Shown here: piece after piece, positions 34,703-43,509 of the stretch
How the letters are laid out: each line of letters starts with the position of its first letter
How positions within the stretch are numbered: position 1 is the first letter of the stretch
Virus record (IMG/VR): IMGVR_UViG_3300049137_000157
Location: 32,001-96,000 of that record
Source: a virus
Length of the DNA: 64,000 nucleotides
Direction: 5' to 3' (one strand)
The notes under the pieces: generated by a model
The model's input: the letters and a program-made list of their open reading frames with translations, nothing else
What the model was told of the DNA's origin: nothing
Databases searched by the model: none
Program-made: the position numbers and the translations under genes

Positions 34703-35878
34703 GTGGGGAAGAAGCCTCCGGAGAGAGTCCGTCGGGCCAGTGAGGCCAACGACGCAGTGGAACGGATCCTCTCCGAGACTCAGCAGCTCTGGGAAGAACT
34801 CGGCAAGATTCCCCAGGGTCAGGAGAACGCAGTTCGTGTGAGACGCGGAGACATGCCCGTCTGGCCCGTCCAGCTCGAACGCGCTCTGGGCTTCGGAGGG
34901 CTGGCGCATGTCATGGACCGGGTGGTCAGGTATTCGATCGTCGATATGTGGCGCAAGCAGGGGCGGGTTGCCTACGACCTGCATCCGGAGATTGCGGCGC
35001 AGCTCTATCGGACAGACCTGAAGGGCAAGATGCCGGGAGGACTGTTCCATAGGATCAGTCACATCAACCCCATGATCCCGCTCCCTCGCCCTTGGCCGTT
35101 CAAAGAGAAGAACCGCGAGGGGCTGATCCGGGGATACTTCCTCACCGGTCGGACGGGTACTGCGATCTGCACGACTACGGACAAGCGATCCGAGGGCCTC
35201 ATGCTGTCCGCCTGGATCGAATTCCCCGACCGGACCACCGGTGAGATCGAGACGGTCACCCCGTTCTTCGCCCTCCCGGACATGGGCGAGGACCCTTTCA
35301 CTTTCGACGACGTCCTCCAGGCCACACATGCCTGGCACGACCAGGAGATCACCGCAGAGGACCGCAAGCTCATCAAACAGATCGTCCCGGGCGCGCTGTC
35401 CATCCTCACGTACCTGTGTTGCGACAACCGGGACGTACAAGAGCCGCCTCCGGAACGGCCGAACGCCAAGCGAAAGCAGGCCCCTCCCCGGGATCCGTAC
35501 TACGTCCGGGTCGGATGGAAAATCGGACCCAAGCTCCACGCGAACCGGATGCGCGTCCAGGGGCGCACACGCGACGGAGTGTCCTTCCCTTCAGGCATCG
35601 AACAGGAGCCGCAGCATCGAGCAGGGCACTACAAGGTCATTCATCATGGCCCCAGGAAGAGCCTCTGGAGTCTGAAATGGGTGGACCCGTACTGGACCAA
35701 GCTGGATCTGCTGGAGGAGGGGAAGGAGCCGGTCACCTCGGTCGTCCCGGTGGACGCGCAGAGACGGGATCCTGCCGGTCACCGCGACGTCCGGTTGGCG
35801 AACCTCGGTACCGAGAAGGCCAAGGAGATCAGAGACAGGGAGCGTCAGCAGGCCCGAGAGGAGCGGTGGTCTTGGTAA
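34703..35878 (+). CDS. phage-like hypothetical protein (391 aa) with C-terminal HRAGH...GP...KWVDPYW motif
   Basis: CGGAAAGGGAAAG RBS before GTG; the motif type is common in phage proteins of unknown function. Confidence 0.8.
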   Translation: MGKKPPERVRRASEANDAVERILSETQQLWEELGKIPQGQENAVRVRRGDMPVWPVQLERALGFGGLAHVMDRVVRYSIVDMWRKQGRVAYDLHPEIAAQLYRTDLKGKMPGGLFHRISHINPMIPLPRPWPFKEKNREGLIRGYFLTGRTGTAICTTTDKRSEGLMLSAWIEFPDRTTGEIETVTPFFALPDMGEDPFTFDDVLQATHAWHDQEITAEDRKLIKQIVPGALSILTYLCCDNRDVQEPPPERPNAKRKQAPPRDPYYVRVGWKIGPKLHANRMRVQGRTRDGVSFPSGIEQEPQHRAGHYKVIHHGPRKSLWSLKWVDPYWTKLDLLEEGKEPVTSVVPVDAQRRDPAGHRDVRLANLGTEKAKEIRDRERQQAREERWSW

Positions 35879-36012
35879 GGAAGGGCGTGCTGAAGACGGT
35901 GCTGCGACGAGTCTTGCAAGAAGTGGGGATCATGCTGGTCATCTTCATCGTTTTCTCGGTCCTTTTCATCGTGTGCAGTTTGCTGATCCATGGCACGGTG
36001 AAGTGGTACTGA
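35866..36012 (+). CDS. small membrane peptide (~48 aa)
   Basis: single hydrophobic helix; start uncertain. Confidence 0.45.
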   Translation: MVLVRKGVLKTVLRRVLQEVGIMLVIFIVFSVLFIVCSLLIHGTVKWY

Positions 36013-36021
36013 CGGGTGGAT

Positions 36022-36060
36022 GAAAAGAGGGCGGACCCCGGCAGGGTCCGCCCTCTTTCC
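36022..36060. terminator. bidirectional terminator-like hairpin
   Basis: GAAAAGAGGGCGGACCC...GGGTCCGCCCTCTTTCC between convergent genes. Confidence 0.7.
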
Positions 36061-36076
36061 TGTATCGCGCGATACA
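36061..36076. repeat. TGTATCGCGCGATACA copy 3
   Basis: 9 bp beyond the stop codon of the parA partner gene. Confidence 0.8.
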
Positions 36077-36085
36077 ACTCCGGGG

Positions 36086-36967
36086 TCACTCCTCCAGAGA
36101 GTCGACTCCGAGTTCCTTGAAGATCGTGCGGGCTACAAGGAGGGACACCTCGGGCTGACTTCGAGCGACCCTCCGTACGAGGTCCGGATCGAAGGCCCCC
36201 GGCCGGGACTGGAAACGCAGCACCGGGACATCGCTCTTGCTTTCGTTGCTCTCACCCTCAGAGACCTCTTTGACCGAGTCCAGACCGAACTGTTTGCGCA
36301 GACGCAGCAGAGACGGTGCGCTGGTGTCATTCAGGTCGAGTGCGGCCTCCCAGACAGTGCGTACCTTCTCGGGTCCGTGGCCGGTCAGAACGGGTGACAG
36401 GGCGTCGATCTGACGAACTCCCAGGGATTCCACCGAGAGTCCCGCCAAGGCGTCCCTGAGAGGCTCCTCGCGCGTCATCCGGTAGGCATGCTGCCGGGAA
36501 ACCTTGACCAGCTTCAGCCAGGCCGACCAGGATCGACACGGCTTGCCTGTGGAAGGATCTACCGCTTCTCGCCAGGACTCCGTCGACCAAGCCAGCCGCA
36601 CGGCCGGACCCGCGTACTGGAAATACGACGACAGGGCCTTCTGCTGCATAGCGTCCAGCAGGGCGTTCGCCGCGTGCAAACGCTTCTCGCAGGCGACAAC
36701 GATCTCGGCCGGGCTGTGCGAGATATCCGGCAGTTCCGCCACCAGGGCCTTACCGACGACGTCAGGCAGCAGTCTGTCCGGTTCCGCTGCGGGTGCCGGG
36801 GCGGCCTCGGCCTCTTCGACCGGCTGAGCAGTGTCCTCGGAGGTCTGCTGCTGGGAGGGGACGGGCGAGGTCTCCCCGTCCTTCGTCACCTCGATCGGAC
36901 CGTGGCCCGACGGGGGGAGCATCCCTCGTCGCGGGGTTTTTGGGCCGATGATCTGTCCCTTCGACAT
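36086..36967 (-). CDS. ParA partner / putative centromere-binding protein (293 aa)
   Basis: coupled to parA; disordered N-terminus; HTH-like WSAWLKLVKVSRQHAYRM; no recognisable ParB GxxR box. Confidence 0.7.
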   Translation of the reverse strand: MSKGQIIGPKTPRRGMLPPSGHGPIEVTKDGETSPVPSQQQTSEDTAQPVEEAEAAPAPAAEPDRLLPDVVGKALVAELPDISHSPAEIVVACEKRLHAANALLDAMQQKALSSYFQYAGPAVRLAWSTESWREAVDPSTGKPCRSWSAWLKLVKVSRQHAYRMTREEPLRDALAGLSVESLGVRQIDALSPVLTGHGPEKVRTVWEAALDLNDTSAPSLLRLRKQFGLDSVKEVSEGESNESKSDVPVLRFQSRPGAFDPDLVRRVARSQPEVSLLVARTIFKELGVDSLEE

Positions 36968-37758
36968 CAGATGCTCACCTTCTCGACCTCGCGCTGGGTC
37001 ATCAAGCCGGAATCCAGGACTTCGCGGGCCGTCAGAATCTCCGTCTCCAGGAGCAGCGGCAGGAAGCCCACGAGGTCCTTCCAGCGGGGGCAGTCCTCGT
37101 CGACGGCGGACCCGCGCATTTGCGGAACCCGCCCGAAGGCCCGCTTGTAAGCCACCAGCATCGGGATGTCGGTGTCGACGAGAGGATAGGACCCGTCAGG
37201 TCCGTTCTCCTCCTCCAGCAAGAGCTGGTACCGGGCGTCGTCCTTGTCGCGGGAGTTCTCACACCTGGACAGGACGTAGTACATGGCGCAGCCGCCGACG
37301 GAGTTCCGGCTGGCCGCCATCAGCGCGGCGTCCCGGGTCTTCGGGGCCTGCTCCAGATCACCTTCGTCGGGGCACAGGGGCACGAGCAGCTTGTGGGCCC
37401 GCTTCACCGCCGCCTGGAACGCGGCGACGTTGCCGCCGCCGACGTCCACGATGACGTAATCGACATCGCCCCTGGCGAGGACCTTGTCGATCTCCCGGTC
37501 CAGGGTGTCGAAGGGGTGCCGAATCACTTCCACCGGCCAGTCGTAGCCGCGCTGCTGGGCCTTGACCGGCCAGTTCGAGGAGGTCTGCGAGCCGGAGTCC
37601 GCGTCGAAGACCACGACCGTCCGGCGGAAAACTGTCGAGAGAATGAGGGCGATCAGCATAGCCAGTCGCGTTTTGCCGGTTCCGCCCTTGAGCGCGCCGA
37701 CGACGTAGACCTTGGTTTCCACCCTGTCCGCAGGCGGGGTCGGGGAGGGGACCTTCAT
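36967..37758 (-). CDS. parA: ParA-family partition ATPase (263 aa)
   Basis: deviant Walker A LKGGTGKT, VFDADSGS, VIVDVGG, LLVP. Confidence 0.9.
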   Translation of the reverse strand: MKVPSPTPPADRVETKVYVVGALKGGTGKTRLAMLIALILSTVFRRTVVVFDADSGSQTSSNWPVKAQQRGYDWPVEVIRHPFDTLDREIDKVLARGDVDYVIVDVGGGNVAAFQAAVKRAHKLLVPLCPDEGDLEQAPKTRDAALMAASRNSVGGCAMYYVLSRCENSRDKDDARYQLLLEEENGPDGSYPLVDTDIPMLVAYKRAFGRVPQMRGSAVDEDCPRWKDLVGFLPLLLETEILTAREVLDSGLMTQREVEKVSI

Positions 37759-37901
37759 GTGTGTTCCTTTCCGATGGACCGCACCAGAGTAGCGGGCACG
37801 TTCCACGGAGCTTCGTGGGGAATCACTAGAACATCACACGAAGTTGACCAGCAACGCAGAAGGCCCGGCGCTGTGGCCGGGCCCTGCGAGACCAGACTTC
37901 C

Positions 37902-38276
37902 CTACACGCCGGTCCGGTTGTACTCCTTCACACGCTCCGGCGGGTCGGGCGGCTCGATGTGCTGAGTTCTCATCTGTGCCGTGAGGTCCGAGACGTACAT
38001 CGTGAAGGCTCTGACCAGTGACCGCAACGAGAGGGCCTCCGCTTTCAAGTTGTCGATCTCGTGCTGCATGTCGTCCCGGATCGCCTGGAACGCGGCGAGA
38101 TCGGCTGCCCTCTGAGCGGGCTCGGCGGCCATCTGTGTTTGGTACCTCTGGGCCTCTGCCGTGGTACGGGCGGCTGCCTTCGTCGCCCTTGCCGCGAAAA
38201 GCCCGCTCGCAAGCAGGGCGGATGCCCCGAGGAAGGCACTGACTACCCCGGCCAGGACACCCCAAGTTCCCGTCAT
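37902..38276 (-). CDS. lysis-cassette membrane/coiled-coil protein (124 aa)
   Basis: N-terminal TM helix then coiled coil; last gene of the lysis run. Confidence 0.75.
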   Translation of the reverse strand: MTGTWGVLAGVVSAFLGASALLASGLFAARATKAAARTTAEAQRYQTQMAAEPAQRAADLAAFQAIRDDMQHEIDNLKAEALSLRSLVRAFTMYVSDLTAQMRTQHIEPPDPPERVKEYNRTGV

Positions 38277-38701
38277 CGTCTCCTCCGCCAGAGTGAATAA
38301 GGGAGAGAATGCTCCGGGATGGTGGAGATCCAGAGGATGACTCCGACGTGACTGGTGGCGAACCAGAGGAACACCGCGAGACCTCGCGTATACCCGTAGA
38401 ACAGCGCGGAAGACAGGTAGGCGATGCCCCAGATCAGCGGAGGAGTGAGTGCGGCGATGAATCCCAGCAGGTCACGGCCGATCCGGAGCCAGGCGCAGGC
38501 GAATGTGAGCGCACCGCACACCACCCAGGTCAGCGACCACAAGCGGATCCCACCTGCTTCCTGAAGAAGGACAAGGCCCCGAGGGACCGGCCCTGTCGCC
38601 TGGACCGCCAGTCCGTACGACACTTTGCCGATGCCGAGGAGCGCGAGAGCAGTGCCTCGGCGGCCCAGGAGCTTTCCGAGCCGCCGGACCGCCGAGAGCA
38701 T
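38273..38701 (-). CDS. lysis-cassette multi-pass membrane protein (142 aa)
   Basis: about 4 hydrophobic segments; directly after the holin. Confidence 0.75.
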   Translation of the reverse strand: MLSAVRRLGKLLGRRGTALALLGIGKVSYGLAVQATGPVPRGLVLLQEAGGIRLWSLTWVVCGALTFACAWLRIGRDLLGFIAALTPPLIWGIAYLSSALFYGYTRGLAVFLWFATSHVGVILWISTIPEHSLPYSLWRRRR

Positions 38702-38704
38702 GGG

Positions 38705-38965
38705 TCAGACCCCCTTGACGGTGGAGGCCGAGTTCTTCGTGCCGAGGTAGCGGGCCACCAGTCCCTTCACGAGGGACCCGACGGCTGCGACCCCAGCGGC
38801 GAGGGTGGTCTCCCAGAAGGAAGCGGAGAACAGATCGCCGGGTCCGGCAAGAACGGCGACACTGCCTGCCGCGAACAGGAACGTCCACACGATCCGTTCG
38901 AGCAAGTCCTTGGCGTACGTGGTCCCCGTCTTGACGACGGTCTCCATGTCGGGGATGTCAGTCAC
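38705..38965 (-). CDS. phage holin (actinophage r1t-like, 86 aa)
   Basis: AKDLLERIVWTF...W...AGVAAVGSLVKG...ASTV; follows the endolysin. Confidence 0.85.
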   Translation of the reverse strand: MTDIPDMETVVKTGTTYAKDLLERIVWTFLFAAGSVAVLAGPGDLFSASFWETTLAAGVAAVGSLVKGLVARYLGTKNSASTVKGV

Positions 38966-39002
38966 TGCTTGTCCTTGTCGTGGTTGGATTCAGTTGGTTC
39001 AG

Positions 39003-39914
39003 TTACGAGACGACCTCGAAGCCGTACTTGTTGCCGAGGCGGGTCAGGGAGTCTCGTCCGGGGATTCCGTCGGCGGCCTGTCCGGTGTAGCCACACTTGC
39101 GCTGCCAGGCGGAGTAGGCGTCGAGAGTGGTCGTCCCGTAGTGGCCGTCGGAGAATCGCTTTTCCAGCAGACCGGCATTGACGAGGGCAACTTCGACTGT
39201 CTTGACGCCGCTGTAGCTGACGGGTGTGCCCCTCTTCTCCGGGTCGGAGTTCGCCGCGATGATCAGCTTGGAAAGGTCGACCTTCGGCTTCTGTGGGGCC
39301 GGAAGCGGTGCGGGCTTGTTCTGCTGCTTCAGCCGGTCCGCGATACGGGCCCGCATGGTGTTCATCGAGAACCCACGGGGGTCGGGTTTGCCCGGCTGCC
39401 ACTCCAGGTGACCGATGACGCTTCCCGAGGACCAGCGGTGATAACGGCACAGGGCGGCTGCGGCCATCTCGATTGCTTCAAGTTGGGCCTCCGGCCACGG
39501 ATCCTTCCCGTCGCCCAGGTTGACGCACTCGAAACCATAGAAATGGGCGTTGCCGTCGACCGTCGCTTGGTTGTCGACGGGAAGTGCGGTTTCGGCGACG
39601 ACGGCGCGCAGCACGTCCGGGTCACCGAGACCGGCGTGATTGGCGCGGCCGTAGCCGACGAGGTGAACGGTTCCGTCCTTGGCGATGACTCCGTGACACA
39701 GCGGGCCCGGAAGGGTGGAATGTCCGTCCCGACAGAGCTGAACGCTGTAATTGGTCCCCTCGGTGACGGTGTGGTGGATCATCACGCCATTGAGTGGACC
39801 CCAAGCACCCTTGGAGTTTCGGTTGTGCGTCTCCCAGTCACCATGCTCGATGACTTTGAGGCCCTCACTCCGAAGGAGGTCCGCGAATTTCGCGGCGGTG
39901 GGCGGCTTGGCCAT
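39003..39914 (-). CDS. endolysin, N-acetylmuramoyl-L-alanine amidase with C-terminal PG-binding domain (303 aa)
   Basis: VMIHHT, RANHAG, FYGFECVN, VIGHLEW...KPDP; C-terminal DGHYG...WQRK...ADGIPG. Confidence 0.92.
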   Translation of the reverse strand: MAKPPTAAKFADLLRSEGLKVIEHGDWETHNRNSKGAWGPLNGVMIHHTVTEGTNYSVQLCRDGHSTLPGPLCHGVIAKDGTVHLVGYGRANHAGLGDPDVLRAVVAETALPVDNQATVDGNAHFYGFECVNLGDGKDPWPEAQLEAIEMAAAALCRYHRWSSGSVIGHLEWQPGKPDPRGFSMNTMRARIADRLKQQNKPAPLPAPQKPKVDLSKLIIAANSDPEKRGTPVSYSGVKTVEVALVNAGLLEKRFSDGHYGTTTLDAYSAWQRKCGYTGQAADGIPGRDSLTRLGNKYGFEVVS

Positions 39915-40083
39915 GATTCCCTCCTTTGTTTCGCAGCCAGCATCCCACAGGATCTTTTCAAGGTTTTGGTGAAAGGTTCCCTGTTCTGTGAAATGCGGCT
40001 AGGCAAAAGGGAATTCCTCTGGAAGAATCGAATTGACGAGAGGCAGGGTGAAAAGGTCTCTCGCGGGAAAGGAGAGAGAAAAG

Positions 40084-40515
40084 GTGACGCACTACAGCAA
40101 ACTCGCCGGAAAGCTGGAGATCTCCCCGGCTCTCGACTGGGAAGAGATCCAGGCGCTGGACTATTCGCACAGGGTCAACGGCCTCGTCGTGAACCTCGGC
40201 CATCGGGCAGCACCTCGGTCGGTTGTCGTGGACGTGGAAACCGAGGAGAAGGAGATTCCGGGTGGTGTCGAGTTCAACTACATCGCCAAGGCGATCGTCC
40301 CGAACTACGAGGAGGGGGACCACGACGGCTTGGAGAGGGATCTCGAAGACATCCTCGCCGCCCTCCCTCGATACAGCAGGGTCAGCGGGGAGCTGGTCCG
40401 GGTCGGCCAGAGGGACGTGGTGGACATCGAGTACTTCACGATCGTCAGCCGGACCGTCCTGACGGAGAAGGCCGTCATCTCGCGCCCGAGCGGCAGCGAA
40501 GTCTGGATGCCGTAG
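40084..40515 (+). CDS. DUF6205-like protein (143 aa), paralogue of 34209..34619
   Basis: YSKLAGKLEISPALDWEEI. Confidence 0.6.
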   Translation: MTHYSKLAGKLEISPALDWEEIQALDYSHRVNGLVVNLGHRAAPRSVVVDVETEEKEIPGGVEFNYIAKAIVPNYEEGDHDGLERDLEDILAALPRYSRVSGELVRVGQRDVVDIEYFTIVSRTVLTEKAVISRPSGSEVWMP

Positions 40516-40571
40516 TCCAACTCCTGCTACTTTCGTTGTACGTCCCACGCTGTCGTACGTGGGCCCTCGGT

Positions 40572-40615
40572 GAAACGCCCCCTGGAGAAGCCCCCAGCCA
40601 TCCAGGGGGCGTTTT
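40572..40615 (+). terminator. hairpin AAACGCCCCCTGGA...TCCAGGGGGCGTTTT
   Basis: inverted repeat followed by a T-run. Confidence 0.65.
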
Positions 40616-41127
40616 GCGTGTCCGGGAAGAGGAGTTCGAGAGTCCGGTTCTCCCGGATGGGGTCTACGTAACCTTCACGAACTCACAAGAAGTTACTGGG
40701 AAGTCAGTCGAATCCGGATGGAAGCCCTCCGAATCCCGAGGGCGAATCAGGCGAAACGGACACGCATGGAAGGCGCTCCGACCTGGGCGAACAGAGCGAA
40801 TGTCCAGATTCGCTGCGATTCGCCCGGCGGAGAATGCACCGGGATGTCCGAGTTCACCTCCGAGGGGTCGGCCGTTCCCTTATGTCGGCCCAAAGGCTTC
40901 GCCTCGATTACCCAGGTGTGTCCGTATTCGCCGTGATTCGCGAACGGGTTCGGCTGGTGGGGTGAATCGGGCGTATCACCCGAACATGTACATACAGGAT
41001 CTTATGTGCGCAGAGACGTGGGTCGAGGGATCCGAGAGCGCACCGGGGAGGGGTCGCGCAGGGGATGTCCCTATTCGGGGGCGTTCGCCCGATGCGTCGG
41101 ACCACGGCTCGTGAAGTGGCCTGGCGT

Positions 41128-41151
41128 GACCTAGGCCATTGCTGCTAGGGT
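41128..41151 (+). promoter_or_regulatory. GACCTAGGCC operator variant plus TAGGGT -10 box
   Basis: upstream of the SLOG gene. Confidence 0.5.
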
Positions 41152-41188
41152 TTGAGGACCTACTTGAATCCCACTGGGAGGAACCTCT

Positions 41189-41602
41189 GTGAAGGTTCTG
41201 ATCACCGGCTCCCGCGAATGGCGCGACCGATGGGCCGTCGAGGACGTACTGAACCGACTGCTCCGCAGGTACGGGGTCTTCACTCTGATCGAGGGTGAAG
41301 CGCGGGGTGCCGACAAGCTGAGTGGGGTCTGGGCGGCGCGCCACCTACCCGAAGACAGCCTCGTCAAGGTGCCGGTCACTCCGCAGGAATGGGATCTGCA
41401 CGGCAACGGGGCAGGCCACAAGCGCAACCAAAGGATGGTCAACATGGGGCCGGACATGGTGCTCGTGTTCGCCCTGGCCTGTACCTCCAGCCGCTGTCGA
41501 CGACCCGAAGAACACGCCACGCATGGCACGGAAGGTTGCGTGGCGATGGCTCGCAAGGCGAACATCCCCGTGTTCTTCTGCCCGCAAGGTCTAAGGTGGT
41601 AG
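41189..41602 (+). CDS. SLOG-family DUF2493 (YspA-related) protein (137 aa)
   Basis: KVLITGSREW, LIEGEARGAD, AGHKRNQRM, HGTEGC. Confidence 0.85.
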   Translation: MKVLITGSREWRDRWAVEDVLNRLLRRYGVFTLIEGEARGADKLSGVWAARHLPEDSLVKVPVTPQEWDLHGNGAGHKRNQRMVNMGPDMVLVFALACTSSRCRRPEEHATHGTEGCVAMARKANIPVFFCPQGLRW

Positions 41603-41767
41603 GGGGAGTTCGCCTGGAATTACAAGGCGAATCGCGTTCGAACCGCAAGAACACCCAGATCCCCTTCACGTGAAGGTCCGTCACCACCTCGTCAAGATCG
41701 AAAGAATGGCCAGGTGGAGCGAGGTCCACAACACCTCGGACGTCACGATCCCGAAGGAGAAATCACC

Positions 41768-41920
41768 GTGAAGGACGCCAGCGAGGAGCGCTGCACCCGC
41801 TGTACGCACTCCGCTCAGCAGCACACCGGCACCGGAACCGCCTGTCAGGCGCGCCTCCAGCAGCGGAAGCTCACCTGCGCCTGCCGGTCGCTGCACCGCC
41901 CGACGGGCACCGTCGGGTGA
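41768..41920 (+). CDS. small Cys/His protein (50 aa)
   Basis: GAAGGAG RBS; CTRC..H...C...CAC. Confidence 0.6.
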   Translation: MKDASEERCTRCTHSAQQHTGTGTACQARLQQRKLTCACRSLHRPTGTVG

Positions 41921-41974
41921 CCTCGGGTCCGCAGGCCAGACCCTGCGGACCCCCATCGGAAAGGAGAAGAGATC

Positions 41975-43396
41975 GTGGACACGAAGAAGATGTCCGTCCC
42001 CCGGGTGCTGACCGACCTCAAGCAGGCACCCGAGATCAGTGACGCCAAGAAGGGCGTCGCCAACATGCTTCGACGGGGGCTGCACGGCATCAAGAACTGG
42101 GTGCTGGAGGACGGCCGGGACGGTCCCGCAGGCCCCGGCCTGAAGTGCGGCAGGCTGACCGTTCCCGCCCTTCCCGCCCTCATCGTGATCGCCTCCGCGA
42201 CGAGTCCTTCCCGCCCCGGAGAGCCTGGACCTCCCGGCATGCCGCAGGCGTTCCTCCTCGCCTTCCTGGTGGCCGTCGGTCTGCTCTGCTGGTTCTCCGC
42301 CAGGGAGCGCAAGCTGGGCCGTGAGGAACCGTGGAAAACGGCGTCGGATGGCAAGAAGTCGACGGTGGTTGCTCCCGGCGAAGAGAGTGCGGACGCGTCG
42401 GAAAATCCGCAGGTCAACAAGGTGAGCCTCGTGAAGGACGACGTGCCCACTCCGGCAAACCGGAACGAAACGGGTGAAAACAACCCCACGATCCCGGTGG
42501 CTGCCCCGGTGGGTGGGCACCCGACTCTTCCGGAGACCCCGGAAAGCGGTCCTGACCTGCGACAGAACCTCCTTGGAGGGGGTGGGCACAGGGTGTCAAC
42601 TCGTCCGGATATGGACCGAAACGCCGGAAACATCGCGATGGGCACCGAGGGAAAGGGTGGGCACCTCCGCCCTTTTGACCCTCCGTTTCCGCAGGTCGCG
42701 GGCGCTTTCGAAGGTGGGCAGACCGAGGTGATGCAGCCTCCGTTGGTGGGTGACGATTCGGCCACCCTCGATCTGAGTGGGCACGCAGATGAGTTCGTGA
42801 TCTTCGACGAACCTACGGTGCCCACTGAATCCTCGCAGGTCAACGCCGGTTTTTCGGCCTCCGGTGCCCAGCCTCCGGAGGGCCCGGAAGAGGTGGGCAC
42901 GGAAGAGGTGGGCACGGAGCCCCTCGGGCCATGGCCCGTAACGGACGAGCCGGTTCGGGATGACTGGTTCAAGATCGACGAGGACGAAGCCAAGGCTCTG
43001 CTGGAGGAGGGCCAGGAGGGCGACGGAGAGGCTTCCGCGAAGCCTGACGCCCCAGCAATCGAGACCGCCCCGGAAGGCGCTGTGGAGGGGCCGGAGAAGG
43101 CTTCCCAGCCCTCGTCGGCCGGAGTGGTCCAGGATTCTCCCGAGGGCGAGATCCCGGTCCAGGTCCTGATGTACTCCTGGGCCAAGGTGAACGGGGACGA
43201 GGCGGCGAAGGAGAAGGCCCGGCAGGACCTGGCGGAGTGGGCCAAGGGTGCCGTGGCGCGGGGCGAGGTCACGCAGGTCCAGTTGGAGAAGATGACCGGC
43301 GTGAGCCGTAAGACGCTTCGGCGCTGGATAGGAGCGGCGGAGCCGGACGAGATCGACCTGATCGACCCCTGGGAGGGGCCGGAGAGCGACGGCTGA
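41975..43396 (+). CDS. membrane-anchored acidic/Pro-rich protein with C-terminal HTH (473 aa)
   Basis: hydrophobic FLLAFLVAVGLLCWF; low-complexity middle; VTQVQLEKMTGVSRKTLRRW. Confidence 0.7.
   Translation: MDTKKMSVPRVLTDLKQAPEISDAKKGVANMLRRGLHGIKNWVLEDGRDGPAGPGLKCGRLTVPALPALIVIASATSPSRPGEPGPPGMPQAFLLAFLVAVGLLCWFSARERKLGREEPWKTASDGKKSTVVAPGEESADASENPQVNKVSLVKDDVPTPANRNETGENNPTIPVAAPVGGHPTLPETPESGPDLRQNLLGGGGHRVSTRPDMDRNAGNIAMGTEGKGGHLRPFDPPFPQVAGAFEGGQTEVMQPPLVGDDSATLDLSGHADEFVIFDEPTVPTESSQVNAGFSASGAQPPEGPEEVGTEEVGTEPLGPWPVTDEPVRDDWFKIDEDEAKALLEEGQEGDGEASAKPDAPAIETAPEGAVEGPEKASQPSSAGVVQDSPEGEIPVQVLMYSWAKVNGDEAAKEKARQDLAEWAKGAVARGEVTQVQLEKMTGVSRKTLRRWIGAAEPDEIDLIDPWEGPESDG
42443..42915. repeat. 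intragenic array of GTGGGCAC 8-mers
   Basis: exact copies at 42513, 42582, 42657, 42777, 42893, 42908 and inverted at 42443, 42818, plus variants; different reading frames. Confidence 0.75.
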
Positions 43397-43509
43397 CCTT
43401 GATCCCGAACCGGCAACGGATCAACACGAGAAGGCCCTCGGAGATCATTTCCGAGGGCCTTTCGTCGTACCCTCGGAAGGCCCGAATGCAGGCCATCTGA
43501 GGGGATTTC

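Noticed and set aside
32346-36076. Host chromosomal parS sites
   Set aside because: They differ from the GTTTCACGTGAAAC core at 4 positions and cluster beside the element's own parA
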